Shown here: positions 1-9,668 of the stretch, piece after piece
Layout: every line of letters begins with the position of its first letter
How positions within the stretch are numbered: the first letter of the stretch is position 1
Source: Patescibacteria group bacterium
GTDB lineage: Bacteria; Patescibacteriota; Microgenomatia; UBA10105; UBA927
Length of the DNA: 64,000 nucleotides
Direction: 5' to 3'
Assembly (NCBI GenBank): GCA_049322955.1
Contig: JBMOPU010000012.1
Coordinates: forward strand, 886,186-950,185
Notes under the pieces: generated by a model
Seen by the model: only the letters and a program-made list of their open reading frames with translations
Told to the model about the DNA's origin: nothing
Database searches by the model: none
Program-made: the position numbers and the translations under genes

Positions 1-2
1 GG

Positions 3-656
3 TCGTGGACAAAATATTAAATAGAATATTATCGCTGTTGCGACGGTAAGAATAACGCCTCCATACAAGGGTGAACTAAATCCTAATCCTCCGTTAAAGA
101 AAACAGTGATTAACGCAATAGAAATTGCAGAAGGGAGAATTGAGCCATGACCTTCTAATATAGGCAGGATATATTTCATAAATAACGGCAGAGCGACATA
201 CACAGAAAAAGTAGTTGCGGCACCAAGCTTCCATAGCTCTAATAAAAAATAATTAATTCCGTAAAAAAAAGCTGCAATGAGGGGAAAATATCGATATGGA
301 AAAAGTTTATTAATTGATCGTGCAAATAAATAAATCGAAAGTAGTATCGCAAAAAACCAGAAGATAAAAGTTAAACGTTGAGCGTCGGTTATAGATAATC
401 CTAAATAGCTACCGAAGGCAAGAACGGTGTGAATGAATAATGAGCCAAAATGCATTGAGGTTTCTTGACCAAGACTATCGACATGTGTCCAGGCAAAAAA
501 ACGATTGAGATAGGTACTCTGTATGTTAATCGGATAAGCCGCGTCATTTCCCGTTACATATTGCCCCGGACCGATCCAAATAAGAGGAATTAAACTGACA
601 ATGAACAGGAGAAATAGGTCTACAAAGAGAGGAGAATTTTTAAAAACTCTACTCAT
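3..656 (-). CDS. Partial (runs off the left edge) polytopic membrane protein, AftD/DUF3367-like GT-C glycosyltransferase
   Basis: Not in the ORF track. Manual translation from ATG at 656 (ATGA overlap with the stop at 653): MSRVFKNSPLFVDLFLLFIVSLIPLIWIGPGQYVTGNDAAYPINIQ...FFAWTHVDSLG..., open to the window edge. TM1 is followed by a loop with G-x-D, then several TM segments. Confidence 0.7.
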   Translation of the reverse strand, partial: MSRVFKNSPLFVDLFLLFIVSLIPLIWIGPGQYVTGNDAAYPINIQSTYLNRFFAWTHVDSLGQETSMHFGSLFIHTVLAFGSYLGLSITDAQRLTFIFWFFAILLSIYLFARSINKLFPYRYFPLIAAFFYGINYFLLELWKLGAATTFSVYVALPLFMKYILPILEGHGSILPSAISIALITVFFNGGLGFSSPLYGGVILTVATAIIFYLIFCPR

Positions 657-1279
657 ACTTTTTTAACCGCAAATAAATCAAAGCATATGGATGGAACGCG
701 AAAAAAAATAACTTCCGAAATAAGCGAAATGAAGCCCCAAAAAAAATACGGTTTATGTCTGATACCCGCATGCTCCGTTCGTAATATTTTTAACCCTCTA
801 AGACCGTATACGACATATCCTAATTTAGTCAAATCACTAATTACCCAACCTGATTTATGAACCTGATACGGATTACCGTCGTACGCTTCTTGTTCATAAA
901 AACCATTTGGTGTTAATAGAATAATTTTTTTTCTGGCTATTTTCTCCATGGATTTAATCATTTTGATTGCCTCGCTCTTTTCAAGATGCTCGATGACATC
1001 AATTGATACAACCGCATCAAAACTCTTATTTTTATAATAATTTCCTAATCTACGTATATCCCCTAACTTATAAGAGTCGTGAAGCTTTCTTTTTTTACTT
1101 AGCTGCAGAGTTTTAGGATATATTTCGATGCCTTCACTTATAAATGTTTTACGAATATGCCCTATTGCGGAATTATATCCGCACCCCACATCCAAAACAG
1201 TTTTACAACCTCGCAGATGCCATTCAAGGCATTTAAAGAAAAAAATATTTTGAATATAGACGATAAAATTACGCAGCAT
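653..1279 (-). CDS. Class I SAM-dependent methyltransferase (glycan-cluster type)
   Basis: Motif I VLDVGCG, SFDAVVSIDVIEHL, LLTPNG. Confidence 0.9.
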   Translation of the reverse strand: MLRNFIVYIQNIFFFKCLEWHLRGCKTVLDVGCGYNSAIGHIRKTFISEGIEIYPKTLQLSKKRKLHDSYKLGDIRRLGNYYKNKSFDAVVSIDVIEHLEKSEAIKMIKSMEKIARKKIILLTPNGFYEQEAYDGNPYQVHKSGWVISDLTKLGYVVYGLRGLKILRTEHAGIRHKPYFFWGFISLISEVIFFRVPSICFDLFAVKKV

Positions 1280-2516
1280 AATTGCTCATGATGAAAAAAG
1301 CATTGGCGAATGTTCTTTCCCAGGTCGCATTCTTTGCATAATCATATGCACGACTTCTCATTTGTATATAACGTTTTCTATCAGATAGCAATGAAATCAC
1401 GGCGTTGCTGAACTCTCTAATGGTATCATTAACAACGAGGGCACCGCCATACTCAGCTACTTCTTTGCCTAACGGGGGGACTTTTGAGGAGATAACGGGT
1501 AGTCCGGCCGCACAGTACGCACGAATTTTACCAGCATCGGCATAAAACCTTATTGAACCTGGAAAAGATCGGTAGGGCGCAACTCCAAGCGCGCATTCAC
1601 GAAGCAAACTTGCCATTTTCGCTCCATCGGGTACATATCCGTAAAATTTAATATTTTTTTCTAAGTGAAGTTCTGCGACTAGTGATTGAAGTACGGGCAA
1701 TCGCTCCCCACCACCTATAATCCGCAACGTCGCTGTAGGGATTGCTTTTCGGATCTTTTGCATTGCGCGAATGATAAGATCTGGGCCATTCTCTTCACCC
1801 AAGGTCCCCATATAAACTAAGGCATGCTTTTTAATTTTAGTAATTTTTAAGGATTGAATTTGTGTAGCTAATAGACCGTTCGGAACATGAATGACCGGAG
1901 CTGATCTTACTGCGTTAAGCCCTGCAGAAATACGTGCCGGCTGCATAGCTTTCGAGACATCCCATATGTAATCCGAATGCATAGCCGCAAACCGATCAAG
2001 AACTAGATAAACCCGGTTAAAAAGTTTGTTGGCATACCGGTTTGGAGAATAATCCGATACGTAGTAGACGACCGTCTTCACCCTGCCGATGAAACGTAGG
2101 AGAATGCCCGCGATTGCATTGACGCTCTCAAGACCGATAAAGTAGTCAAAGCGGGTACTATCCCGAAATGCCCAATCGATCACCGACAGGAAATCCCGTA
2201 TCTTGAACGGCACCTGGGTGGCGTTGCTGTTGGTGAGCCGTAAAAACGGCGAAAGTATTCCGTACCACCAACCCATTTTATGAGAAATATATTTTTTGTT
2301 TCCGTCGTTGTATTCCTCGATTTTGTACGATATATCCTCTTCGCCCGGAACCAGCTGATCGAGTAAGACTAATTTTTTCACCCGGGGAAGCAAAAAATCA
2401 CGGAGCGGCTCGACGCTTCCGTTGGTCGGCATTCGTTTGCCGTTAGACCAGAGGGAAAAGGTCGCAAAAAAAACGGTACTGTCGGGAGAAAGGGTAAAGT
2501 TACGTACGTTTTTCAT
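1269..2516 (-). CDS. GT4 (GT-B) glycosyltransferase
   Basis: HVPNG, LVYMGTL..ENGPDL, IIGGG, GVAPY, GKIRAYCAAGLPVI. ATG at 2516 preferred over the track start 2543. Confidence 0.88.
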   Translation of the reverse strand: MKNVRNFTLSPDSTVFFATFSLWSNGKRMPTNGSVEPLRDFLLPRVKKLVLLDQLVPGEEDISYKIEEYNDGNKKYISHKMGWWYGILSPFLRLTNSNATQVPFKIRDFLSVIDWAFRDSTRFDYFIGLESVNAIAGILLRFIGRVKTVVYYVSDYSPNRYANKLFNRVYLVLDRFAAMHSDYIWDVSKAMQPARISAGLNAVRSAPVIHVPNGLLATQIQSLKITKIKKHALVYMGTLGEENGPDLIIRAMQKIRKAIPTATLRIIGGGERLPVLQSLVAELHLEKNIKFYGYVPDGAKMASLLRECALGVAPYRSFPGSIRFYADAGKIRAYCAAGLPVISSKVPPLGKEVAEYGGALVVNDTIREFSNAVISLLSDRKRYIQMRSRAYDYAKNATWERTFANAFFIMSNYAA

Positions 2517-3324
2517 GCTGGACCCGAAGTTTTGCTTCTTCAACCATCGCGGCTATCCCCTCCCGCAACTCGATTGAGGGAAGCCAGCCGGGAACCCTGC
2601 CGCAGTTGGGTGAAGCGATAGGATCGTGTCCCTTTTTGGTACCAGGAATCACCTTCGCGTTTGTCATGTCGGCGATCAAATTGGCAACATCAATGATACG
2701 TACCCATTCGTAACTGCTGGCGTCATAGACGGTTCGTCGCGGCTTTTTTTCGTTGAGCGCCATATAGAATGCGTTGGATAAGTCGGTAATATGTGTGAAC
2801 TGCCGCCATTCCTCGCCGTCGGTCATCATGGTGATCTTTTTTGTTTTTAGAGCCTGGTAGATAAAATCTGAGATCACGTGACTTTTGATATCCTCCCCTT
2901 CCATATAACCGTAGGCATTCCAGACCCGAACACAGACGCCGTTTAACAACCCCGTCCATACTTCTCCTAAGCGCTTGGTCACACCGTAGACCGTGTCCAC
3001 TTCCTCGGACAACTGGCTGGAAACAAACAAAAAGGGTTTTTTTGCCTTCTCCACCTGATCAAAAACATTTTTCATCAGGGCAAGATTCCAATCGAGCTGA
3101 TTTTTCTGAAGCTTCGGCACATAAAGATACTTACTCCCGCCGACATCCCACGCCAAAAAATAGACTTTATCAACTTTCGCCAGCGGGAGCTTGGCAAACC
3201 GCGCATCTTCCTTTTTTCCTCGCTTCACATCGAATCGTATTACCTTTTCGCCTTTCGCCTCCAAAAATCGGCAAAACGGCGTGCCGATAAATCCATCCGA
3301 ACCGATAACGAGATTGGTCTGCAT
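2500..3324 (-). CDS. Compact extended-SDR NAD-dependent NDP-sugar epimerase/reductase, substrate unknown
   Basis: GSDGFIG Rossmann motif, LAWDVGG, YGVTK catalytic YxxxK, RVWNAYG, DGEEWRQF. Confidence 0.85.
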   Translation of the reverse strand: MQTNLVIGSDGFIGTPFCRFLEAKGEKVIRFDVKRGKKEDARFAKLPLAKVDKVYFLAWDVGGSKYLYVPKLQKNQLDWNLALMKNVFDQVEKAKKPFLFVSSQLSEEVDTVYGVTKRLGEVWTGLLNGVCVRVWNAYGYMEGEDIKSHVISDFIYQALKTKKITMMTDGEEWRQFTHITDLSNAFYMALNEKKPRRTVYDASSYEWVRIIDVANLIADMTNAKVIPGTKKGHDPIASPNCGRVPGWLPSIELREGIAAMVEEAKLRVQHEKRT

Positions 3325-3332
3325 ACAAGGAA

Positions 3333-4328
3333 TTATTTATCTTTGCGGTTATGACGCACCTGTTCGTTGATCCATACGTAGGTCTGGGCGAGACCGTCAT
3401 AGAGCTTGGTCGAAGGTGCCCAGCCGAGCTTCTTTTTGATGAGGCGATTATCAGATGATCTCCCGCGAACACCTAACGGTCCTTTAATGTGTTTAATCTT
3501 TAACTTTTTGCCGGCGATCTTCATCACCATTTCGGCCAGTTCATTAATACTCACCATTTCTTCGGATCCGATGTTGACCGGACCTTCAAAATCACTGTCC
3601 ATGAGCTTGCGTACTCCGTTTAAACACTCGTCGATATACAGGTATGACCGCGTCTGTTTCCCGTCCCCCCACATTTCGATGGTGCCGCCGTCTTTTGCCT
3701 GCGCAACCTTCCGACACATGGCGGCGGGTGATTTTTCCTTTCCGTTATTCCAACTTCCCTCGGGACCGAATATGTTATGGAATCGCGCGATGTGCACTTC
3801 CATACCGTAGTTACGCTTATACGCAAGATACATCCGTTCGCCGAAGATTTTCTCCCACCCGTATTCACTATCGGGTGCGGCGGGATATGCGGAAGATTCC
3901 TCGCAATTGGGGTTATTGGGATCCATCTGATTCCGTTCCGGATATATGCAGGCCGATGAGGAGAAAAAGATTTTCTTTATTTTGGCAAGTCTTCCGTAAT
4001 GCAGTGCATTGAGATTTATTTGTGCCGAATTATGCATGACGTCGGCATCATGATCTCCCGTAAAGATATATCCTGCGCCCCCCATATCGGCCGCCAATTG
4101 ATACACCTCATCAAACGGCAAGTTAAAGACTTTCTGACAAAATTTCTGATCACGAAGATCGCCGAGCAGGAACTCGTCAGCAGGACTTTTGCTGTATTCG
4201 TGACGTTTGATGTCTGCTCCCCGCACCCAATAGCCTTCAGCCTTCAGTCGCTTTACCATATGACCGCCGATAAAGCCTCCTGCACCGCACACTAACGCTA
4301 TTTTATGATTTCGTGATATTTTTTTCAT
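3333..4328 (-). CDS. gme: GDP-mannose 3,5-epimerase (GME family)
   Basis: GAGGFIG, LAADMGG, SSSACIYPE (catalytic Cys), YGWEK, RFHNIFGP, KEKSPAAMCRK (catalytic Lys), WGDGKQTRS, PVNIGS.EMVS, GVRGR.SDN. All match plant and bacterial GME motifs. Confidence 0.9.
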   Translation of the reverse strand: MKKISRNHKIALVCGAGGFIGGHMVKRLKAEGYWVRGADIKRHEYSKSPADEFLLGDLRDQKFCQKVFNLPFDEVYQLAADMGGAGYIFTGDHDADVMHNSAQINLNALHYGRLAKIKKIFFSSSACIYPERNQMDPNNPNCEESSAYPAAPDSEYGWEKIFGERMYLAYKRNYGMEVHIARFHNIFGPEGSWNNGKEKSPAAMCRKVAQAKDGGTIEMWGDGKQTRSYLYIDECLNGVRKLMDSDFEGPVNIGSEEMVSINELAEMVMKIAGKKLKIKHIKGPLGVRGRSSDNRLIKKKLGWAPSTKLYDGLAQTYVWINEQVRHNRKDK

Positions 4329-4344
4329 AGACTATAAAAGTAGG

Positions 4345-6360
4345 TTACTCTCGCGAATAATTATTTATTTTGATTATTATACATATTCCGGCAAAAATTA
4401 CCCATGCCAGGATGAGCAGGGGGCCTACAACGGATTGAGGAACATATCTTACAGTTGCAACTCCATGAACTCCTTTCGGAATCGTATATTCCTGCAAACC
4501 GTCGGGTGTTCGCTTTGGTTTCAATTCGATATCTTGCACTGAAAGCATCCAATACGGATTGTATGTCTCTGAAAAAATGATTGAAGCATCGCTATCACGC
4601 TCTGGTAGTACTAATGAGTATTCAGCTGGGGATATCATCGATACCGAAATTGATTGATTTGGCTGATCCACAAAAAAAGCATGGCCAAACGATATCGATG
4701 TACGCCAAATTGAAATACCGTCTATACGATCGTATCTTTCATAACGACGTGTTTCGTCAATGGCATTAATTATTGACTGCCGAGCATTATTATCCGGTTT
4801 TCCGTCTTTTACAAAAAGTTCATGTTCTACATCACTCGGAACAACAATATACTTGACTCCGTATCGTGCCAGCTGTTTATCATTTCCCTCTTCGGTGATC
4901 CAGGGAATAAACGCAGAGGTGCTGGCAATAGACAGTGTCTCTAATGAGATTGCTCGCTTGTTATCATCATAGTAACCGTATCTACTTCTGGTTGGAACCC
5001 ACAGAACCCGTGCAAAACCGTTATCCTCTCTCAGAAAATCCTTTAGTAAGACATATTCATTGGGTACTTTACCTGGAACTAATGTGCCGCGTATCCCGCC
5101 GGCATAAAAATCTCTGAAAGCGAACAACAGTAGACTCAACAATAAAGCAAAAAACCCCGTGCGAAGGTATATAAACAGTTTTTTATGTTTGATTGCGCGC
5201 ATAACAGCATCATTACTACGTTCTAACGTGTAGGCAATAAGCACCGTATAGGAGATTGAAATGAGAACATAAAATTTTGTCGGATCACGAAACATAACAA
5301 ATCCGGGAACATGCACGAACATCCACTCATAAAGAGATCCGAAAGGTTGATTAACCCCTTTTGCTAAAAATGCTCCAATGAGTCCCATAAAAGCGAAGAA
5401 CAAAATTTTTATTTTTTTCTCACGATCTTCCTTACCAAGGAACAACAGGGAACTGAAGGCAAGAATGGGAAATACAAGAAATTCGGGTCGTAAAAATGAC
5501 ATTTTTCCGAAGATATTTTCCGGCCAATTCGGATGAAGCAATGACATGGTATGAGATTGGTCTGCGAAACTGAAAAAGCGAAGCGCATCGGAAGATAAAT
5601 ATACCGGGCTCAACAAGGTATCGATGGGCGTTCGGTAAATAATTAACGGGAGGATCCAATACGCATGCAACCCGAAAATTATGAGGCCGGCACCGGTCCC
5701 GACTAACATGAGCCTAATATATACAACTTTCTTTACTCCTTTATTCAAAAAAACAAATACAATATAGGGCACAATTGCCATTACGGTGATATAAAAAATT
5801 CGCGCGTCAAACATAAGCTGAATGGCACCTATGACACCGACTAAACAGGTGGTGCGTACCAACTTGATAGATTCTCTATGGAGCAGATCCACAAGATGCA
5901 TGCTGAGATGAATAACAAGTGGTGCTATCGCAATTGCCCAAATCACTCCCATTTGTCCTCCTGAGAGAACCATAATAAAGTGCGTATTTATCACATACAG
6001 AATTCCCAGGAAAGAGAAGCGCGCCCTGACTAGGGACTGGGTAAGCCTGATGCTTGAAAATAATGCGATGATGATAAGCGGGATAAACCACACGATTCTC
6101 TCCGTAAATTCCCACGGAAGAGACATATTGGAAGCTATCCGGGCGGTGATAATGTACCACGTATCAAGAGGGGCCAATATCATTTTCCCCCCGCCCAATC
6201 CGTTTCCAAAATAGGTTGACCATGAAACCACCCATGGGTTCATGGAGCTGGAAAGCTCGACAAATCTGTATCCCCAATCGCCTGATGAAAGCGTACCGCT
6301 GATTCCCCATCGAACAAATATCGGGAGCAGTAACGTCATTGACAAGAATACGAAGATCAT
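4345..6360 (-). CDS. Polytopic membrane protein, AftD/DUF3367-like GT-C glycosyltransferase with C-terminal extracytoplasmic domain
   Basis: TM1 + SSGDW loop, W.TYFGNGLG, AFLAKG...PF, MFRDPTKF, RVLWVP, GVKYIVV, SETYNPYW, C-terminal TM. Confidence 0.7.
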   Translation of the reverse strand: MIFVFLSMTLLLPIFVRWGISGTLSSGDWGYRFVELSSSMNPWVVSWSTYFGNGLGGGKMILAPLDTWYIITARIASNMSLPWEFTERIVWFIPLIIIALFSSIRLTQSLVRARFSFLGILYVINTHFIMVLSGGQMGVIWAIAIAPLVIHLSMHLVDLLHRESIKLVRTTCLVGVIGAIQLMFDARIFYITVMAIVPYIVFVFLNKGVKKVVYIRLMLVGTGAGLIIFGLHAYWILPLIIYRTPIDTLLSPVYLSSDALRFFSFADQSHTMSLLHPNWPENIFGKMSFLRPEFLVFPILAFSSLLFLGKEDREKKIKILFFAFMGLIGAFLAKGVNQPFGSLYEWMFVHVPGFVMFRDPTKFYVLISISYTVLIAYTLERSNDAVMRAIKHKKLFIYLRTGFFALLLSLLLFAFRDFYAGGIRGTLVPGKVPNEYVLLKDFLREDNGFARVLWVPTRSRYGYYDDNKRAISLETLSIASTSAFIPWITEEGNDKQLARYGVKYIVVPSDVEHELFVKDGKPDNNARQSIINAIDETRRYERYDRIDGISIWRTSISFGHAFFVDQPNQSISVSMISPAEYSLVLPERDSDASIIFSETYNPYWMLSVQDIELKPKRTPDGLQEYTIPKGVHGVATVRYVPQSVVGPLLILAWVIFAGICIIIKINNYSRE

Positions 6361-6371
6361 AATTATTTAAG

Positions 6372-7424
6372 CTACGATTGCCCTAGCTTTCGTACAATTT
6401 TTCTCAACGGTGAAATTATTCTTGATAATCTTGCTCTTATACTACTTCCGTTGTATTCCCATATGTACGCGCATAGGGCAAGTGCGATGAAATAATAAGT
6501 CCAAACTGCATACCCTTCGGCGATATCAATTTTGTTGAGTGCCACGTATACGGTCGAAAGCATATACATGGCCAAACCTACGATAAAATAGGCACTTCCG
6601 CCGATATTAAACTTTACGATTACAAAAAATAGAGTGGCAAGCTTAAAATATAGCTCTGCTTCATATCCCATTTCCTGTAGCGGTACATATACTGAACTAT
6701 ATATCCGATACGCAATAAACACTATTAATGTTGCGGTTACATACCTGTTGTTCATTATTTTCCATATCAAATACAACAGTGTCGGCAGAAGATATAAAAG
6801 AATATAGGAATAAAACTCCACGTCCTGTGATAGATTTTCAATTTTTATCTTAAAGTATTTCATAAATGTCTCTAAATCTTTCAAGGGATGTATCTTGTCT
6901 ACACGATATTTTGTTAAAAAGGCGACAGTATCAAAATGCACCTGTATACCTTCCCCTTTCGTATATTCGCTTTCAAGCGTAACGGTGTATCGTATATTTT
7001 TAGATTCAATAATCGTTGGAAATCCTAGAGGGTAAAAATTTCCCCCGTAAAGGACACGCATGTCATAGTGTCCCGTAAATAACAGTTCGCCCGTGTCCTG
7101 ATTCATTAATTTGAAAGTAATTACCCCTTCTGGATCTTCTTTAGGTAACTTGAAACGCAGTGCAATCGTTCCGAGGTTATTCATCTGGGATGTGAAACTG
7201 AACTGCACGGTTCCCGGGTTGGGCAAAGTTACATATTCATTCTCTTCTACATTTTTCTGATGATAAAAATTCAAGGAAAAAAAGCTTGCTCCCGGATAAT
7301 TAACAATCCCGTATAAAAATCCGATAAGCGCCAATATGCACGGAATAATGATCCAGGCAACACTTACCTTTAGAAGATGGTAAAGCTTAAAATATTGTTT
7401 TTTTTCCATGGAAGATTTCTTCAT
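6372..7424 (-). CDS. Hypothetical membrane protein (N-terminal TM, beta-rich exported domain, C-terminal TM bundle)
   Basis: 350-aa ORF in operon context with the described hydropathy pattern. No family recognised. Confidence 0.75.
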   Translation of the reverse strand: MKKSSMEKKQYFKLYHLLKVSVAWIIIPCILALIGFLYGIVNYPGASFFSLNFYHQKNVEENEYVTLPNPGTVQFSFTSQMNNLGTIALRFKLPKEDPEGVITFKLMNQDTGELLFTGHYDMRVLYGGNFYPLGFPTIIESKNIRYTVTLESEYTKGEGIQVHFDTVAFLTKYRVDKIHPLKDLETFMKYFKIKIENLSQDVEFYSYILLYLLPTLLYLIWKIMNNRYVTATLIVFIAYRIYSSVYVPLQEMGYEAELYFKLATLFFVIVKFNIGGSAYFIVGLAMYMLSTVYVALNKIDIAEGYAVWTYYFIALALCAYIWEYNGSSIRARLSRIISPLRKIVRKLGQS

Positions 7425-7433
7425 ACACTCCGC

Positions 7434-9668
7434 TTAATTGACACTTTTTCCCTTTTTTTGTACATAGCCAGCGTAAAGTACCAATGCGATAGAGATAATG
7501 TAACCCGTTATGCTTATGAAATTACCTATATTCTGCAGTCGCTTCGGCTCAAAAATTATTTTTAATTTTATGGGCTGGTCGCCACCTTCATATCCCCGTA
7601 TATTTCGCATTTGCGCCGTATCGATCTTCCATGCATTAGCGTAGTCATACACTCTCGTATTCATTCCCGTCATATACGGTATTGTATATTTGCCCTGTTT
7701 GTCCTCCAGGTAGATCCGCCAGGTTCGGTAATATGGCTCAAGCAATACCATATATTGGACTTTATCCGCATTATTTATTGTGACAGTATATTCCCCTTCA
7801 TTATTCTTAACATACGAAAAATTATCGTTAAGTTGAACTTCAGAGAGTGAAGCGGTGAGATAAAGGACATCAGTAATATATGCGGGATTGATTTCATATA
7901 ATTCATATCGATCGCCGAAACTGGCAATAACGTTTCCGGTCATATGATTGATAAATTCATCATCCTGTAGCGTATCCAATTTATTCGAACCCCATAACCA
8001 GAGCGCATAGTTTGCAGAAGATGCAGGAAGCCGCTGTTTGTTTACGATAATGTATCGAATACCCAACTCCTGAAATATTTTTCCCACTGCTTCATAATTC
8101 CTTTCTTTTATATTCTTGATAATTGTTTGGGCAATCCCCGGACGGGACGGTATATCGAAGCTTAGCTCTCCCGTGTAATCTATTTTATTTGTTAATGGGG
8201 TAATAATTGACGGTCCGCTATAGAAATGATTCGGTAGTTTTCCGTCTTCAATATAGATATATGATGGAAAAGTAAGAGGTAACCATACGAAATGCGCTCC
8301 CGTATCCATATTTTTTAGATAACGAACCATATCATTAAAATCCTGATTCAAAGTTCCTGAAATTTTTGTGGAAAACTGCTCACTTCTATGTTGTGGAAAT
8401 AGAAAGTTAAATCCTGAATAGACGGTGAGCACAATAATTGCGCATGCAAAAAATACGGCCAATTTCTTGTGCAGGTTTCCGATAATCCAAAGACTCCATG
8501 AGAGAAGGAATGCGTACTGAAATGCTAATGGTAGCGCAAATTTATCATACGAGGTTTTGAACATTGCGAATAATGGCACATATGAGTTGAGCAGTAAAAA
8601 TAATTTAAGGCTCCAAACATCTATATTTGGAGTAAATAAAATTACGGTAAATAAAAATGAAAAAATGCTCAATAAATAGATGGTTCTCCTATTATTTCTC
8701 TTTAGTCGGGCAAAGAGTATGCCTCCCAAAAGCACCGGCCAAAGATAGAGTGAATTCAGTGGATTAAATACGATATTCATTCCCCATCCTGTTCGTTCCT
8801 GTTGAAAAAACTGCGCTAAAATTGGATTGAGATGTGAGATCGCCGCAATATAATTTGCGTTCGCACGCGAGGCCGCCTTCAACGAATCAAATGATAACGC
8901 GGCAGATGAGCCAGCTTCAGTAATCAATTGAGAAGCAATTAGATGTATTATCCAGTGCGTGTTAAGTACAAGAAATGAGCATAAAAATATTGACGTAATT
9001 TTGATAAACACTAACGGTTTCCTTTTAAATTCTAAAAAAAGCAATGGAAGAACAGAAAAAAAGAATGCCCCATACCATGGAAGAGTTATGAGAGTCGCAC
9101 TTACTGCTGAATATATCAATGCACATAAGACGGGAAGAATATACCGCTCCTCCCGAACAGATATAATAAACAAATAGAGAAGCAACGGACACACGCTAAC
9201 TGCGAAAATAGACATGAGCTCATGGGTGTATAGCGTAGTGATGACAAAATTTGATAATACATAAGATAGTGCTGCGGCTATTTTAAATACCCAGCCGAAT
9301 CCAGATGCATCTGCTTTCAATTTGCCCATCAGAAGATAGAAAAACACAAATCCTGCTGCCAAATTAACTCCGTACATGGCAAATTGCACATTATGCCAGG
9401 GAATAAGCGATATTATCCAGATAAATATATAAAAGGGAGTTAAAAATGCTGGCGATGCATAAACACCGTACGTACCGAGTCTGTTTTGCGTAATAATGGA
9501 AGATGAATAGTGTTCAAAAAACGGTTTTGGCATAACATAATACAATCGCGTATCATCCCCACCGACATGATATAGTTGACCCCAAAAGAGCAAAGGAATT
9601 AAAAAAAGCGTAACGGCGATGAATGCCACTGCATATTTTGACAGAAAATTAAATATTACTTTTTTCAT
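7434..9668 (-). CDS. Polytopic membrane protein, AftD/DUF3367-like GT-C glycosyltransferase
   Basis: TM1 + VGGDD loop, many TMs, MFKTSYDKF (equivalent to FRDPTKF), GIRYIIV, soluble C-terminal domain and terminal TM. Confidence 0.7.
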   Translation of the reverse strand: MKKVIFNFLSKYAVAFIAVTLFLIPLLFWGQLYHVGGDDTRLYYVMPKPFFEHYSSSIITQNRLGTYGVYASPAFLTPFYIFIWIISLIPWHNVQFAMYGVNLAAGFVFFYLLMGKLKADASGFGWVFKIAAALSYVLSNFVITTLYTHELMSIFAVSVCPLLLYLFIISVREERYILPVLCALIYSAVSATLITLPWYGAFFFSVLPLLFLEFKRKPLVFIKITSIFLCSFLVLNTHWIIHLIASQLITEAGSSAALSFDSLKAASRANANYIAAISHLNPILAQFFQQERTGWGMNIVFNPLNSLYLWPVLLGGILFARLKRNNRRTIYLLSIFSFLFTVILFTPNIDVWSLKLFLLLNSYVPLFAMFKTSYDKFALPLAFQYAFLLSWSLWIIGNLHKKLAVFFACAIIVLTVYSGFNFLFPQHRSEQFSTKISGTLNQDFNDMVRYLKNMDTGAHFVWLPLTFPSYIYIEDGKLPNHFYSGPSIITPLTNKIDYTGELSFDIPSRPGIAQTIIKNIKERNYEAVGKIFQELGIRYIIVNKQRLPASSANYALWLWGSNKLDTLQDDEFINHMTGNVIASFGDRYELYEINPAYITDVLYLTASLSEVQLNDNFSYVKNNEGEYTVTINNADKVQYMVLLEPYYRTWRIYLEDKQGKYTIPYMTGMNTRVYDYANAWKIDTAQMRNIRGYEGGDQPIKLKIIFEPKRLQNIGNFISITGYIISIALVLYAGYVQKKGKSVN

